NCBI GenBank assembly: GCA_051294375.1
Contig: CM119266.1
Coordinates: 8,647,093 to 8,711,092, forward strand
Reading direction: 5' to 3'
DNA: 64,000 bases
Source: Paraspadella gotoi
Lineage: Eukaryota > Animalia > Chaetognatha
Below the pieces are notes generated by a model. It had not been told where the DNA came from, ran no database searches, and saw only the letters and a program-made list of their open reading frames with translations. Shown piece after piece: positions 49,950 to 63,200 of this stretch. Made by a program: the position numbers and the translations under genes. The stretch's first letter is position 1, and every line of letters begins with the position of its first letter.

Positions 49950-52900
49950 TGTGACCCCCAACGCCCTCTCTCGATCGATGGCGACGCAAAGCTTCTTTGT
50001 CGGCTTCGTTGCCGACATCCGGATCTTTTGTCGGTCCGTTGACGACGACGACGACGATTGCGAAGAGAGGTGGAAGACGACGAAGCGCCTCCGTTGAGGG
50101 CGCTGGCGGAACCGGCGGCGGCGGCGGAAGCGACACCTCAAACTCGGTCGAGAAGAGAAATCCACAGAGAGAAGCCAAGTAGTGAATTTAAAAGATCAAA
50201 GAAAACTTTTTTTTTGCCTCTTCTATTTTTAGATTTTTTCTCCGTTTTTCAAAAGATTTATTTCGGAGTCATTGAACCAATAGTTTTATCTATTTAAGCA
50301 TAATTAATTCTTTCTTTTTTTTGAAAACTATGGAGAATTTATAGTGAGAATAAAATCAGTGATTCAAACTAAAACATAATCATATTTTTCATTATCCAAA
50401 CTTTTCATGGCCTAACCCATTCGTCTTTTACAAAGTTACAATGTTTTTATAAATCTTAGTTTAAATTCCCAAAATGCTTTTTACGTTTTTCAGAAGCGTG
50501 ACCTTCTACAAGAACGGGGATCGATATTTCAAGGGCATCAAATCCAACTGACGCCTCAACGATACATCACTTTCTCTCATCTTCTCTCGGATTTAACGAA
50601 ATGGATCTCTCTGCCCTACGGAGTCCGGAGACTTTATTCGCACGGGGTCAGTTGACGTGAGAAAAAAAAGACATATTTTTAGATAATATATTGTATATTT
50701 TGTATAGATGCTCCCTCTATTTCCAGAAGACAACATCGACTTCCCTTCCAAATTGAATTATTAGATAAATAAAACTTTTTTAAAAAAAGAAAGCAATATA
50801 TATTTGTTTAAATAATATAGATTAAATACTAAATCCTTCATAAAATATAAAAATAGAAAATAGTGAAACAAGTAATTGGCAAATTTTCATATTTACAAAA
50901 CATTCCTATTTCTATTGACACTTAACAACATCCATGAATTTTTAACCCTACAATCATCTCAATTTTAAATCGTTGATCCTTGCCTATTAATTAATGATTA
51001 CTTCCTTTATACATATTTTAGATATTTAATAAATATATAAATTATTTTTAAAAATGTAGACAATTTTATCTTATTAATGAGTTTAAATTATTCAATTATT
51101 CAATTTTTATATCTCACTGACAGAATTAGCCCATACTCGGCCCAATATCATCACTATTCTCCACATTCGATTCTAATTAACCCAACTCTCCTCGCCCCAA
51201 ACATCTCTTCAGGAGGGTCGCCTCATCGACGCCTTCGACCAAATGTTCGACGGCGAAGTTTACGTCTGCGCCTCCTTCGAGAAATTCAAGCCTCTTCAGT
51301 ACGGACACGGACTGGGCGATCCTGTCTTCAAAGGAGGTACGGACGGACGGATGTATACTGGCAGAGATTGGTGTATATTTAATTACGACACCAAGGCGTG
51401 TTTAACTTAAAGAAAGCAAATTGCTTTGAATTTCAAGGAGAAAAATCCAAGTTTTTTATATTGACTCTAATTGCGAGCCTTCATCAGCACTTCATCATGA
51501 ACAAATTATTGGAGAGAGAGAGAGAGATATATATATATATATACAAGTAAAGCTTTCAATTTATAACTTTTTATCAATTAAAGACTTAAAGCCTAAGAAG
51601 CACCGTTCGCTAAAGTATAAAAATGTACATAAGTTTACCATGACAAGGAATTGAAAACTGTTGGCCGAAAGTAAATAGACCCGCTATGTCTACGAAATTA
51701 AAGAGAGTCCGCCTCGGACAAAGTCGAAACTTTGAAGATTAAATTTCCGAAATTTAATCTTAGATCAAAGTTCTATTGGATTATTTTTGTTTTTGCGATT
51801 CTGTACAAAACGCCTCTTCGTTCTGTTCCCGTTTGTTGGTCTTTTATTTATTTTATACGCTCTAAACTCATATGGCTTTAGATTCATCTTGGCTTTTGTA
51901 TTCATATATATCGCCTTCGCGATGGAATTCCTACAAATTAGCGCCCGAATCTTCTTTCTCCTTTGAATTTCCTAATATTTTCTTTCATCGAAATGGAATC
52001 CTTTTCGATTTTCCGATTTTTAACTCCGGATTTTTTAGATGATTTTTTGGAATTATTCGTTTTTCCTCGTTGTGATTCAAAGACGAGCTCATTTTTTCAA
52101 ACAACCAAAAGAAATTTAATTCCCCGTTCCAAATCTGAAGAAGATTGGTTAAGGGTACCCAGCGATTTAGAGGGGGTAATGAGTTGGGCAAAGGCTGACA
52201 TCGTTAGGTTGGGTCATTCAAACTCCCCTGTTTCCAAATACATACATACATGTTTACAAAATTATTGTTTTCTCTATTTAGTAAGCGGGTGGTCAAAAAA
52301 GTTGATCTATTCCTCTTTAGAAACAGTAAAATAAAGCCGGATTAGCAGCTCCTACTGATTATTCATTCTCACCCTTCCTTACCAGGCCACAATTCGAGGG
52401 CGCGGTCTCCTACGGACCTAGCAGTCACCGAACAGGCCCATCGCTCCAGTCAGGCCTTTCGCCTCAAGTCAGCAGGAAAGCAATCGGGGCTCATTTGTCG
52501 CAACCTGCCAAGCAATTGGTTAGTGTCTTTTGTTGTCATAGTATAATAATATACTTAATTTAATAGTTTGACTTTGTTACTAAATAATTAATTAAAGCTC
52601 ATTTCCTTTCTCTTTAGAACTGACCAATTATTATATCTCATAAATTAAACCTGACAAACAAAAAGACATCATTTTGGTTGTCGTTTTATTTTTTTTCTTC
52701 ATTCGATCTTTTTTTCCGCCAGGTGCCTCTCCTCTTCCCCTCCCCATCGCACCGCCCCGCCTGCCCATTCCTCCGTCCCTGCTGCGCGCGCTGCGGCGCG
52801 AAGATCCTCCTCCTCCTTCTCACGCCAACGCAACGCCACGCCGCGGCGGCGATGCCAACATCTAACGCCACATCGTCATGGCGGAGGAGGAAGGTCTCAC

Positions 52901-55900
52901 GCAAATGGTAAATGATATTAAAGGAAACTATATTGATTCCTAATGTGTCTTTCTTTATTCCTTAGCGCGTAATGTTCAGATATGAACGTCGATATTTCTA
53001 CAGAGATTGTTTACCACGGCTGCCCCTGATCCTTCGGCCGCCAAAGGCCAAGCGACCGACAAATCCAAAGATCCGACAAACCGAAAGTCATTATCGTCGT
53101 TCGTCTCGGGAAAGACCGAGAAATCGATCAAATTCACTTTGCCCAAAAAGAATCAGGTGAGTGAAAGACGAAATTGATTGAATTAATGAATGCGTAATTG
53201 TTTTTAATATTATTTTAAACTATTCGATCAAGTTTCGATAATTGATTCACTGGACAATTAGATATTCATGATAGGATATGAATGAATGAATGCTCGAGGC
53301 AATAAATGCATGAATGAATGCATACAAGAGAGAACAACTGAAATAATGAATGAATGAATGCATTCAAAAGAGAAATAATAAACAAACTACCTCGGAAACC
53401 TCTCCAGATCGATCGACCAACTGCTCGTCGACATCACTCACTCCTTCGAACTCGCGATTCAGAAATTCTCGGATCCAAAAACTTTTTCCATCGATGGAGA
53501 CGAAATCGGGAAAGTGGACAGACCTTTTGGAGGCCAACGAAGCCGCGGTAGGGTAGTCAGTGGCGTCGGAGGTCAGAGAGACCCTGGTTATGACGGGCTG
53601 TTGGAGGCTAATGAAGTCGTTGGAAAAGGGGTGTTGACAGGACGTTGAAGTGAAACGCGCCTGAGTTGAGGCCTTCAAATCTTGTTGAAGGCCACATTGG
53701 AGTTAGTGAAGGGTGATAGGGTGTTGGCAGTTTTTTGGGAGGCTTTCGAAAGCTATTGAAGCTGCGAGTTTCGCTGGTTGGTTTTTTGAGGCAGGGAAGA
53801 CCGTCTTGAGGAACTGGAGGGGTGTTCAAACTCCACTCTACCTACTCAATCACGTCTATTCTCAAACCACTCTTCTCCAACCACCCTTAACCACCCTTCC
53901 CAGGTATTCGTCGGCGTGGGCGACCACGAGTCCGTTTCCTCCACTGATTTTCTCAGCATTCGACGCGAACTTTTCGGAAAAATGAAATCCGTCTCAAAAT
54001 ATTCTAAGATCCGGAGTCAGATCGGCAGGTTGGTTGGTTGGAGGCTTGATTGATTGGTTATATCGAAGGTTGCTTGCTTGCCTCATTAATTGATAGGTTG
54101 GTTTGTTGGATTGATTTAATGGTTGGTTGGATGAATGTGTGTATTGGTTGGTTAATTGTTTGGTTACTTGCATACCTGATTGATTGTTTGCTGGTTAGTT
54201 GCATGGATTGATCCCTGCGATTCAATGGTTGGTTGGATGTTCGTTTACTGGTGCCATGGATGTTAGGCTGCATAATTTCATCGCTTAACTTTTTTAGCTT
54301 TTAACATATTTTTAAATAAATTAAAGCCGCGTTCACTTATCAATGCATTTCTGATGACTATCAATATCTCTGTCACACTTTTCCTCCCACAGACCGACTT
54401 CGGACCACCCACCCCCACCCCCGCCTCCTCCACCGCCTCCTCCGAAACCAAAGCTCTCAACACCGCCCACTTCGCCGCGTCTCGTTGCTAAGGCGTCGTC
54501 AAGGACGACAACAGCCGACGACGGCGGCGAGGGACGACGACGAAGAGGACGACGAACGAGGTGACGGGAAATGATGATTGTGGAAATGATAAGATGGTTC
54601 GATTCATTCAGGTTTATTTTTTTTATCTTAACTTGACTACAGTACCATAATTTGAACGAATGATTATATTTTACTGAGGAAAACGCTTTTAAGTTGAAGA
54701 TTTCTGACAAGGGCGCAAAAAAATAACGATATATTTCAATTTCTTAAACATTTTTTTGTTCTCTGCAATTTATATTTTTTGCGGAAGACAACATTTTTTT
54801 TTTCGTTTTCTGTGATGAATTGATATAGGTCATTCTTATCGTTTTGCTGCCGACAAGGCAAGTCCGAAAAACAGTATAAATGAAATAAAATTATATTTAT
54901 AGTATTAATATTATTTTTACCGTTTCTACTATTATTCAGATTTGGTCGAGAGCGAGAAACACACCGGTAAAGATTCGGGGATCGAAGACGAAGACACGCC
55001 GAGGACAGCGAAGGAGGAAGCAAGACCTCGTTGGTGGAAAGAAGGAATGAAGAAGGTGAGAATTAAGGAAAGGGATTAAGGAAAAGGAAAGAGTGGATTA
55101 AGAAGGTGAGACTTAAGGAAATGGATTAAGGAAAAGGAAGAGTGGATTAAAGAAGATGAGAATAAAGGAAAGGGATTAAGGAAAAGGAAAGAGTGGATTA
55201 AGAAGGTGAGAATTAAGGAAAGGGATTAAGGAAAGGAAAGAGTCGATTAAGGTGAGAATAAAGGAAAGGGGTTAAGGAAAGGGCAAACAAAAAAGTATGG
55301 AAAAGTTTAAATTAAGGAATAGATTAATCGAAAGAAGGGAATGCGAATAAATCGAAAAATAAGCTTTGAAGAACTACGAAAGAGACAGTCTATAGGAAAA
55401 ACAAATTGTTTTCAAAGAAAGTTCAATGAGGGGAATACAAATTATACGTACATGAGAAGAGAGATCAATAATAATTTTAAACCAATGAATATTAAAAAAT
55501 AACTTTGTATTTTTTTCTAAGAAACTTCGACGTCGTCAACGAATTTTCAAAAAGGACTTCGCGTCGAGAAAATTCGTCTCGAAGCTCAAAGCAGAAACAG
55601 GTCGGGTCAGTCTTGCCTCTCTCTTCTATCCCGTTTCAAAACCCATTTCGCTTCTGTCAAACTGTCTCTATCTCTTCTTTTTTCGTTTCCCCAGAAATCG
55701 ACCTCCGCCCGCCGCTGAAGGGCCGCCACCTCGCCCGCGGCGGCGTCGAAGGCGACCTTCTCGAAAACAAAAGACACTCCGACGAAAACAAAAGAACAAC
55801 GGACGAAACGAAGAAAAGCGAAAAGAAAAAACTGCCTCCTCTTCAAAGTGACGACGGGCGACGGAGATTTCAAGTCGCGGTTGATGAAGAGAAGGAAAAG

Positions 55901-58900
55901 GAGAAAGAGAAGATGAAGAAATAGAGAGGAGATAGAGAGAGAGAGAGGACAGATAGAGAGAGAGAGAGAACTATGAGATGGATAACAGCTAAGATGTGAG
56001 AAAGATGGCAAGAGAAAAGGAGATGTTCAGGTGAGAATGTTGATTAAATAATTATTTAATAATATTTATTAGTAGTTTATCTAACGGGTATAAAACCCTA
56101 TTAAATTTATCTATAAAATAGTAAAATAAGACTTTTATGAAAACGGTATAAAAAGATATGAGAAATGATTCTAAACTGCTACAATATGTAAATGAGATTT
56201 AAGAACTCGATCTCATTTAAAATGAATTACAAGTTATGTTGCTACATTGAATCATTAAATGCTGACGTTTTCCACCCAGACGCGTCCGGTCCTCCAACGC
56301 CCGTTCCGCCAACTCTCCCGCCAGGGCCACATCCTCCGGTCCGGAGCTTCCGCGCCGCCAGCGCCGCAAAGAGACGCCGGCGCCGGAGCGATTCGTCGGC
56401 GTCGGTGCCGAGAGTCGCGCCGACAGAAAAGGGCACCGCTGCGTGCATCACAGGTTTTTGCGATATTTGAAGGACTTATCATTAGTGACATTATCATTTA
56501 TTATCCATTCCTCTATCACAGATCCGTGGAGGAAATTCCCGGCGAAGAATCTCGTCGAGATTTCGACGAACTTCGTCCCATCGACGAGGTGAAGAAGCGG
56601 ACCCGTCGGCGCGAGAAGCGGAAAAGAGGAAGTGAGAAGCGGACACGAAAGGGGCCGAAAGGAGAGAAAGCGGAGAAGGGAGAGACACTTTAACCGTCGT
56701 GGACGTGACGTTACTCGAAACCGGAAATGACGTCAGGGATGACGTTACGATGACGTCAACGTCGACGTCGAATACGAAGTCGAAGACGATTTCGAACAAA
56801 TCGTCGTGGACGAAGATGGAGAAGACGAGGTCAGATGTTGCTGTTGAAGATGCTGTTGAAAATTTAGCTCTCTTTGCAAACCCCGGAACTTAGTTTTAAC
56901 CTTAATATTAAACCTTAATCCTAACCTAATATTAATCCTAAACCTTAATCTTTAATCTTTGACCCAAATTTTGATCTAACCTTAAAACTTAGCCTTTAAA
57001 CCCTAAACCCTGACATTAATCATTAACCTAATTCTTAAGCCCAACCTTAAACTCACTTAAACCTAAGACTAAAACTCTTGAAAATTTTTGGGAATTCTTG
57101 CTAATTGATTATTCAAATTTTGTTAAATTTAAATTTTGACAATAATAATTTTTGTTTATTTTTTTTTTTCAGCCGCCAGCTGCCGTGCCTCCACAATCGT
57201 CCCAGGCGCCGCGGCCCCAGCCGCCGCTGCAGCCGCGGCTGTCGCCGACGTAGATTTCGAAATCTTCGAAGTGGGACGTTGCGGCGATGTCGAGCGGCGC
57301 ACGGCGAGGCGGCCGGAATGGTAGGGGGGGTCGAAGTCGGGCGAGCGAGGTGAATCGAAAGCGGCGCCGGCGGAGGGCGGGAGGGCGGCGCCGTCAAAAG
57401 GGAGACTCGGCGCCGGAGCGATCGGAGAGCCGGGCCTCGCGGGAGGAGGGAGAGTACGCAGGGGGGAGATGGGGGGAGATGGGGGGGGAGAAATGGGTGA
57501 GGTAAATGTTGAGGTTTGGTTTGTTTGAGAAGAGGGCTGGGTGAGAGTTTTCATTTAGAATCCACTCTAGATGTCGTTGAACTGAACTGAACTGAATCTG
57601 AACTGAACTGAACTGAACTGAACTGAAAGTGACCTGTTATCTAATACATTATTTGTCATCGTTTGTGACGTCAACTCTGATTATAACTATCTTCCTGCAG
57701 GAGGCCCTTCCGTTTCTTTCTGGCATCATCTGTGATATTCAATCCGTGAGAGTCTGGTTCACGATCGCTACTCGTTGGGAAAGCAAATCGGTGATGGGAA
57801 CTTCGCCGTCGTCAGGACTTGCAGGGCCAGGTTGTTGTTGTAGTTATTGTTGTTGTTATGATTTGTAGGAACCGGTTGGATATTTTAAAGATTGAGTTTA
57901 TAAAGTGAACGTAGAACAAATACATAATTGTTTAACTACGGGTCCTTACTTAAAAAGTTGAAGCATACTCGTTTTGAGCGAATTCCCTTACACCTGGACG
58001 TAAATACTACAAGAAATTGTCCCTTCGTATCTTTTGTACAGTAAAGTATTGATACAGAGGATACAGTTGCTCGCTGGACCCATTTTAGGGTGGGCTCTTT
58101 TCTCCTTAGTTCCATTGTATTAAGCCTTTGGGATTTTTAGTACAATAATGAATGTCACGTGTGTAGACTTTTAAGTCTTGTGACAGTCTGAGAAATAATT
58201 TTGAAAAAATTATAATTCAATGTTCAAATTTTGTAATTTAAAAGTGTTATTAACATTAGTTTTAGTTTTTAGTTTTGGGAAAAGTTTGAAAACTAAAGAT
58301 TTGTGTCTTTGTCTAGAAAATATTTCTTATTTCTTATGTCTGCTTTTTTCTCTTTAATTATCAATTCGTGTTTTGTTGTTTTCTTTATCCTGTTTCTTTT
58401 TTTTCGAATTTTATTTTCTCCTTTCAATCCATTGACAAACTTTTTTTCCAAACTTTATTCTTTCTTGTGAAATTTAATCCAGCGTCTCTTTCCCAACTTT
58501 TGTCCCACGCCACAGATCCATTCCCAAACTTGTTCCACACTTGCCCCCACAGGTACGGCGCCACAGTGGGCGTGACCGGCGCCGAATTCGCCATCAAAGT
58601 CATCGACAAATCAAGGTTGAACGAGAAGAGAGAATGGTGAAGAGCGAAGTCTCGATCATGCGGCGATGCGCTCATCCCAACATCGTCAAACTGATGGAGG
58701 AGATGGAGACGAAGGAGCACATCTACCTCGTGATGGAGTTGGTCAAGGTGTGAGGCAATTGATGGGGAACGAAAAATGTCACAATTTTCATTCTCATTTT
58801 TTGGGGATTTTTTCATTGGCTTTTTTTTTTTTGTATCGAAATTTACAGTTTCAGGCGGAAGAAACACATAGGAAATTATTAATGATTTCCTTTTGAGGAA

Positions 58901-59399
58901 ATAACATTCCTTTCTCCCCCCTCACCATCCCCATTCCCCCCCAAGGACGGCGACGCTCTTCGACGCCATCACCCGCCACCAACGATTCGACGAACGCCCT
59001 GCCTCCGAATGTGAGCGAACGTCGCCTCCGCCCTTCGTTACCTCCACTCGTCGCGGATCGTGCATCGCGATTGAAACCAGAAAATCTCCTCGTCGTAAGG
59101 GTGAGTTAGTCTGTAGGTCGGTTTGTAAGGAAAAGATTAAATTCAAGTCTGATTAATTAATAATAAAAACGGGAAAAATGTAGTGTTTTTTTTTGAAACA
59201 ATTCAAAATTAAAAGTAAATATTACCGAAACTTATTACTGCAATATGTAAATGAGATTTTTCTTTTCCTTCCCAGGTGAAGTGGATCTCCCTCCCTCAAA
59301 CTCGCCGACTTCGGCCTCGCCATGGTCGTCGACGATCCGCTCTTCACAGTCTGCCAGGCACGCCCACCTACGTGGCGCCGGAGATTCTCAATGAGACTG
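49950..59399 (+). CDS. DCLK: Doublecortin-like Ser/Thr kinase (two DCX domains plus CAMK-group kinase); frameshifted in this assembly, 3' end missing
   Basis: DCX1: [15 protein letters not shown]...[20 protein letters not shown] (50494-50646) and [30 protein letters not shown] (51213-51336). DCX2: [16 protein letters not shown] (~53409-53550). Kinase: [16 protein letters not shown] (~57770-57830), [34 protein letters not shown] (58553-58747), [13 protein letters not shown]-like (~59057-59100), [33 protein letters not shown] (59276-59399). Start position is approximate. Confidence 0.88.
51463..51490 (-). other. Truncated hammerhead-element remnant (also at ~48647-48672 and ~63373-63400)
   Basis: The minus strand reads GTG-CTGATGA-A-GGCTC(gcaatta)GAGTC with no following GAAACATGTC. 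Confidence 0.4.
55050..55283 (+). repeat. ~50-bp purine-rich minisatellite starting at a DCLK exon donor
   Basis: Unit AAGAAGGTGAGAATTAAGGAAAGGGATTAAGGAAAAGGAAAGAGTGGATT, about 4.5 copies. Confidence 0.85.
57577..57627. repeat. (CTGAA)n pentanucleotide repeat
   Basis: Directly visible. Confidence 0.85.
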
Positions 59400-60009
59400 G
59401 TGAGGAGAGAATAGATAGATAGAGAGAGAGCGAGAGAGAGATTCAGNNNNNNNNNNNNNNNNNNNNNNNNNCGTGATTTGGGGTGGTATCTCACAGCGAC
59501 CGCAGAAATTCAATGGATGTCGTTTCCGAATGCTTATTAATTTTACAGTTCAATGAACAGCTATTTAATTCATCCCTTCAAGCTTCATCAATGCATTGTT
59601 TATCACCAGAGTCTAGTTTTTATTTACTACGACAGCTTTCTATAAATAAATTTATAAATAAAGTTTAATTATGGCCGACAGCCGAGGTTTGCCTGTGTGG
59701 GCATTCACCTGTTTGGCTTTGGGGCTTCCGGACACCTCAAGCAGAGAGAACGAGGCCTCTGTCTTACCCTAGGACGGTTCTCGCTTGCCAAGCAGAGAGA
59801 AGTCCGTTAGACGTGGACGGGAACACAACGCCTTGGATGGTTGTGAAACGCTCTGTGGATGTGAGGCGGTTGTTGTAAAAATACCCCACATATCATATTT
59901 TTATAAAAATCTTGTTGTTAATTCCAAATTCTTATGCTCCCTAAAAACGGCTTACGTTCAATCCAATGACGACCGACCGACCCTAAAACTAAACAGCGAG
60001 GAAAGGTCT

Positions 60010-60050
<41 letters not shown>

Positions 60051-60269
60051 TCCTACTCTCTCCTCTCTTCTCCAGAATGAGGGTTTAGTCTGGTCTATAA
60101 ACAAGAGTTTTAAATTTAAAGACTTCTAGACTAAAAAGTATTACGATTTGTTTGTACCGACAGTGAAATGTCAGGTTCCGGAAGATCGATGGACAACGAC
60201 GACGAAGCGACGACGACGAACACGGACGATGATTGGAAGACGACGAGACGACGACCACTGCCGGTTTTG

Positions 60270-63200
60270 TGATGATAAATTGAATAAACTACACACGTAA
60301 ATCGATACGTTTGTTTAAACATCAGTAGAACGCGATGCTCATTTCCTGCATTTTTTTCGGCAGAAATCGCATGCGATCTTCTTCACTTTCGATCTCTGCC
60401 AAAAAGTAAACAAATCGTCAACAACAGACAAAGGAAATGTAAACAAAATCCTCATCCCTAGGTAAACATGGAAACTTTCGTCTCAAAATATTACATGGGG
60501 GGAAAAACGATTGTAATATAGAGTATAAAATTTGTTTTTTTAAAAATCGCATGCTCGTAAATCGTTCAATAAATTATAATTAATATCCTCCAAATAATAT
60601 TAAAAAAAAAAAATTAAATAGAGTATAACATAAACAAATTAAATTATATACAAAAATAAATGTTTTTAAAAAAATAAAACTTGAGTTGTACTGAAAAAGG
60701 CAGATCGAAGCAGAGACTCTTTTCGAGTCAATGAATAATCAACTTGATTTGATTTTGCGTCGACAAAAAAGAAATCGTCGATTGAATTCGAAATCTTAAA
60801 ACTTGAGAAAAAAAACTCCTTTTGTGTGGGGAGAAAGCGATAGAAGTTGAAGAAGTGATAGGAGTTTATTTGGGTGTGGAAAATGATAAGAGTTAAATAA
60901 GTGATAAGTTTATTTGGGTGTGGAAGTAATGATAAGAGTTAAATAAGTGATAAGTTTATTTGGGTGTGGAAGTAATGATAAGAGTAAATAAGTGATAGTT
61001 TATTTGGGATGAGAGAAAGTAATGATAAGAGTTAATAAGTGATAAGTTTATTTGGTGTGTGGAAGTAATGATAGAGTTAAATAAGTGATAAGTTTAGTTG
61101 GGAGTGGAATTATATTGCTCTGAATCGCACTGGTCATCGGGTAGTCTACTTGTACTAGTAATGCGTCTTTAAAAGAGTGGACCATTAAATTTACGTATTA
61201 TCCTCTTTCTCTAGTAAAAATTCAATGCCAACGTTTTAAATCAGGATAACTTTTTTGCGGTTATAATAATAGAAGTTATAATACCAAATCAAGGAATGCA
61301 TATTATTATTAGGCTAATAGTGTTAACCCAAAAACTAAAATATTCGGGTTTTTTTTGTTTTCTTTTTAAACAAGTGGGAGTAAAAAAACCAGAAGAAAAC
61401 AAAGCAAAAAAAAACAACAAAAAAAAACAAAACAAACATAACTCTCCGTCTCTCGCTCTCGCCTTTCAAACCTATTTTCGCTTTTCCAATCGTAATGAAA
61501 GAGAAAAAAAACCCGCTATCTTGCTAATTCTTTTTTGTGTATTTACCTGCAATTATTTTTTTACAATCGACCGTATTATTAACTAATTCTCGTTCGTTTG
61601 TTTGTTTTCAGGACAACTCAAGCTTCAACCGACTGAAATGACATTTATGATTTCATTGTCGACAATGGAATGACTTATTTAATTCCTCTCATTGAAAAAC
61701 GAAATGACAAAAATAATATCCTGACGTATCATACGGACGAATAACGTCGAGAATCATCTCCGATATAACTCCCCGCTTTTGTGTGAATAACGTCGTCCGT
61801 TCGAAAAATAACGTCTTCGCCTTAACGTCGGTCATGTGACCCCCAACGCCCTCTCTCGATCGTTGGCGACGCAAAAGCTTCTTTGTCGGCTTCTTGCCGA
61901 CATCCGCTTCTTTTGTCGGTCCGTTGACGACGACGACGACGATTGCGAAGAGAGGTGGAAGACGACGAAGCGCCTCCGTTGAGGGCGCTGGCGGAACCGG
62001 GGCGGCGGCGGCGTCGGCGGCGCGAGAGCGACACCTCAAACTCGGTCGAGAAGAGAAATCCACAGAGAGAAGCCAAGTGAGTGAAATTTAAAAGATCAAA
62101 GAAAACTATTTTTTGCCTCTTCTATTTTATAGATTTTTTCTCCTGTTTTTCAAAAGAATTTCATTTCGGAGTCATTGAACCATAGTTTTATCTATTTAAG
62201 CATAATTAATAATTCTTTTCTTTTTTGAAAACTTGGAGAATTTAAGTGAGATAATATCAGTGATTAAACTAAAAACATAATCATATTTTTCATTATCCAA
62301 ACTTTTCAATTGGCCTAACCATTCGTCTTTTACAAAGTTACAATGTTTTTATAAATCTTAGTTTAAATTCCCAAAATGCTTTTTACGTTTTTCAGAAGCG
62401 TGACCTTCTACAAGAACGGGGATCGATATTTCAAGGGCATCAAATCCAACTGACGCCTCAACGATACATCACTTTCTCTCATCTTCTCTCGATTTAAAGA
62501 AATGGATCTCTCTGCCTACGGAGTCCGGAGACTTTATTCGACGGTCAGTTGACAATGAGAAAAAAAAAGACATATTTTTAGATATATAATTGTATATTGT
62601 TGTATAGATGCTCCCCTCTATTTTTCCAGAAGACAACACTGACTTCCCCTTCCCAAATTGAATTATTAGATAAATAAAACTTTTTTTAAAAAAGAAAGCA
62701 ATATATATTTGTTTAAATAATAATTAAATACTAAATCCTTATAAAATATAAAAATAGAAAATAGTGAAACAAGTAATTGCAAATTTTCATATATTACAAA
62801 ACATTCCTATTTCTATTGACACTTAAACAATCCATGAATTTTTTCACCCTACAATCATCTCAATTTTAAATTTTGATCCTTGCCTATTATAATGAATATT
62901 TCCTTTACCTATTTTAGATATTTAATAAATATATAAATTATTTTAAATTATTTTTAAAAATGTAGACAATTTTATCTTATTAATTAGGTTTCAATTATTC
63001 GATTATTCAATTTTTATATCTCACTGACAGAATTAGCCCATACTCGGCCCAATATCATCACTATTCTCCCCAATTCGATTCTAATATAACCCCAAACTCT
63101 CCTCGCCCCAAACATCTCTTCAGGAGGGTCGCCTCATCGACGCCTTCGACCAAATGTTCGACGGCGAAGTTTACGTCTGCGCCTCCTTCGAGAAATTCAA

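Noticed and set aside
56890-57075. Telomere-like AACCT/AAACCCT tract
   Set aside because: Highly degenerate intronic low-complexity sequence with no regular telomeric unit.
49950-59399. DCLK as a true pseudogene or programmed-frameshift gene
   Set aside because: The indels differ between duplicate copies and resemble long-read errors, while motifs and splice sites remain conserved. This cannot be decided without reads.
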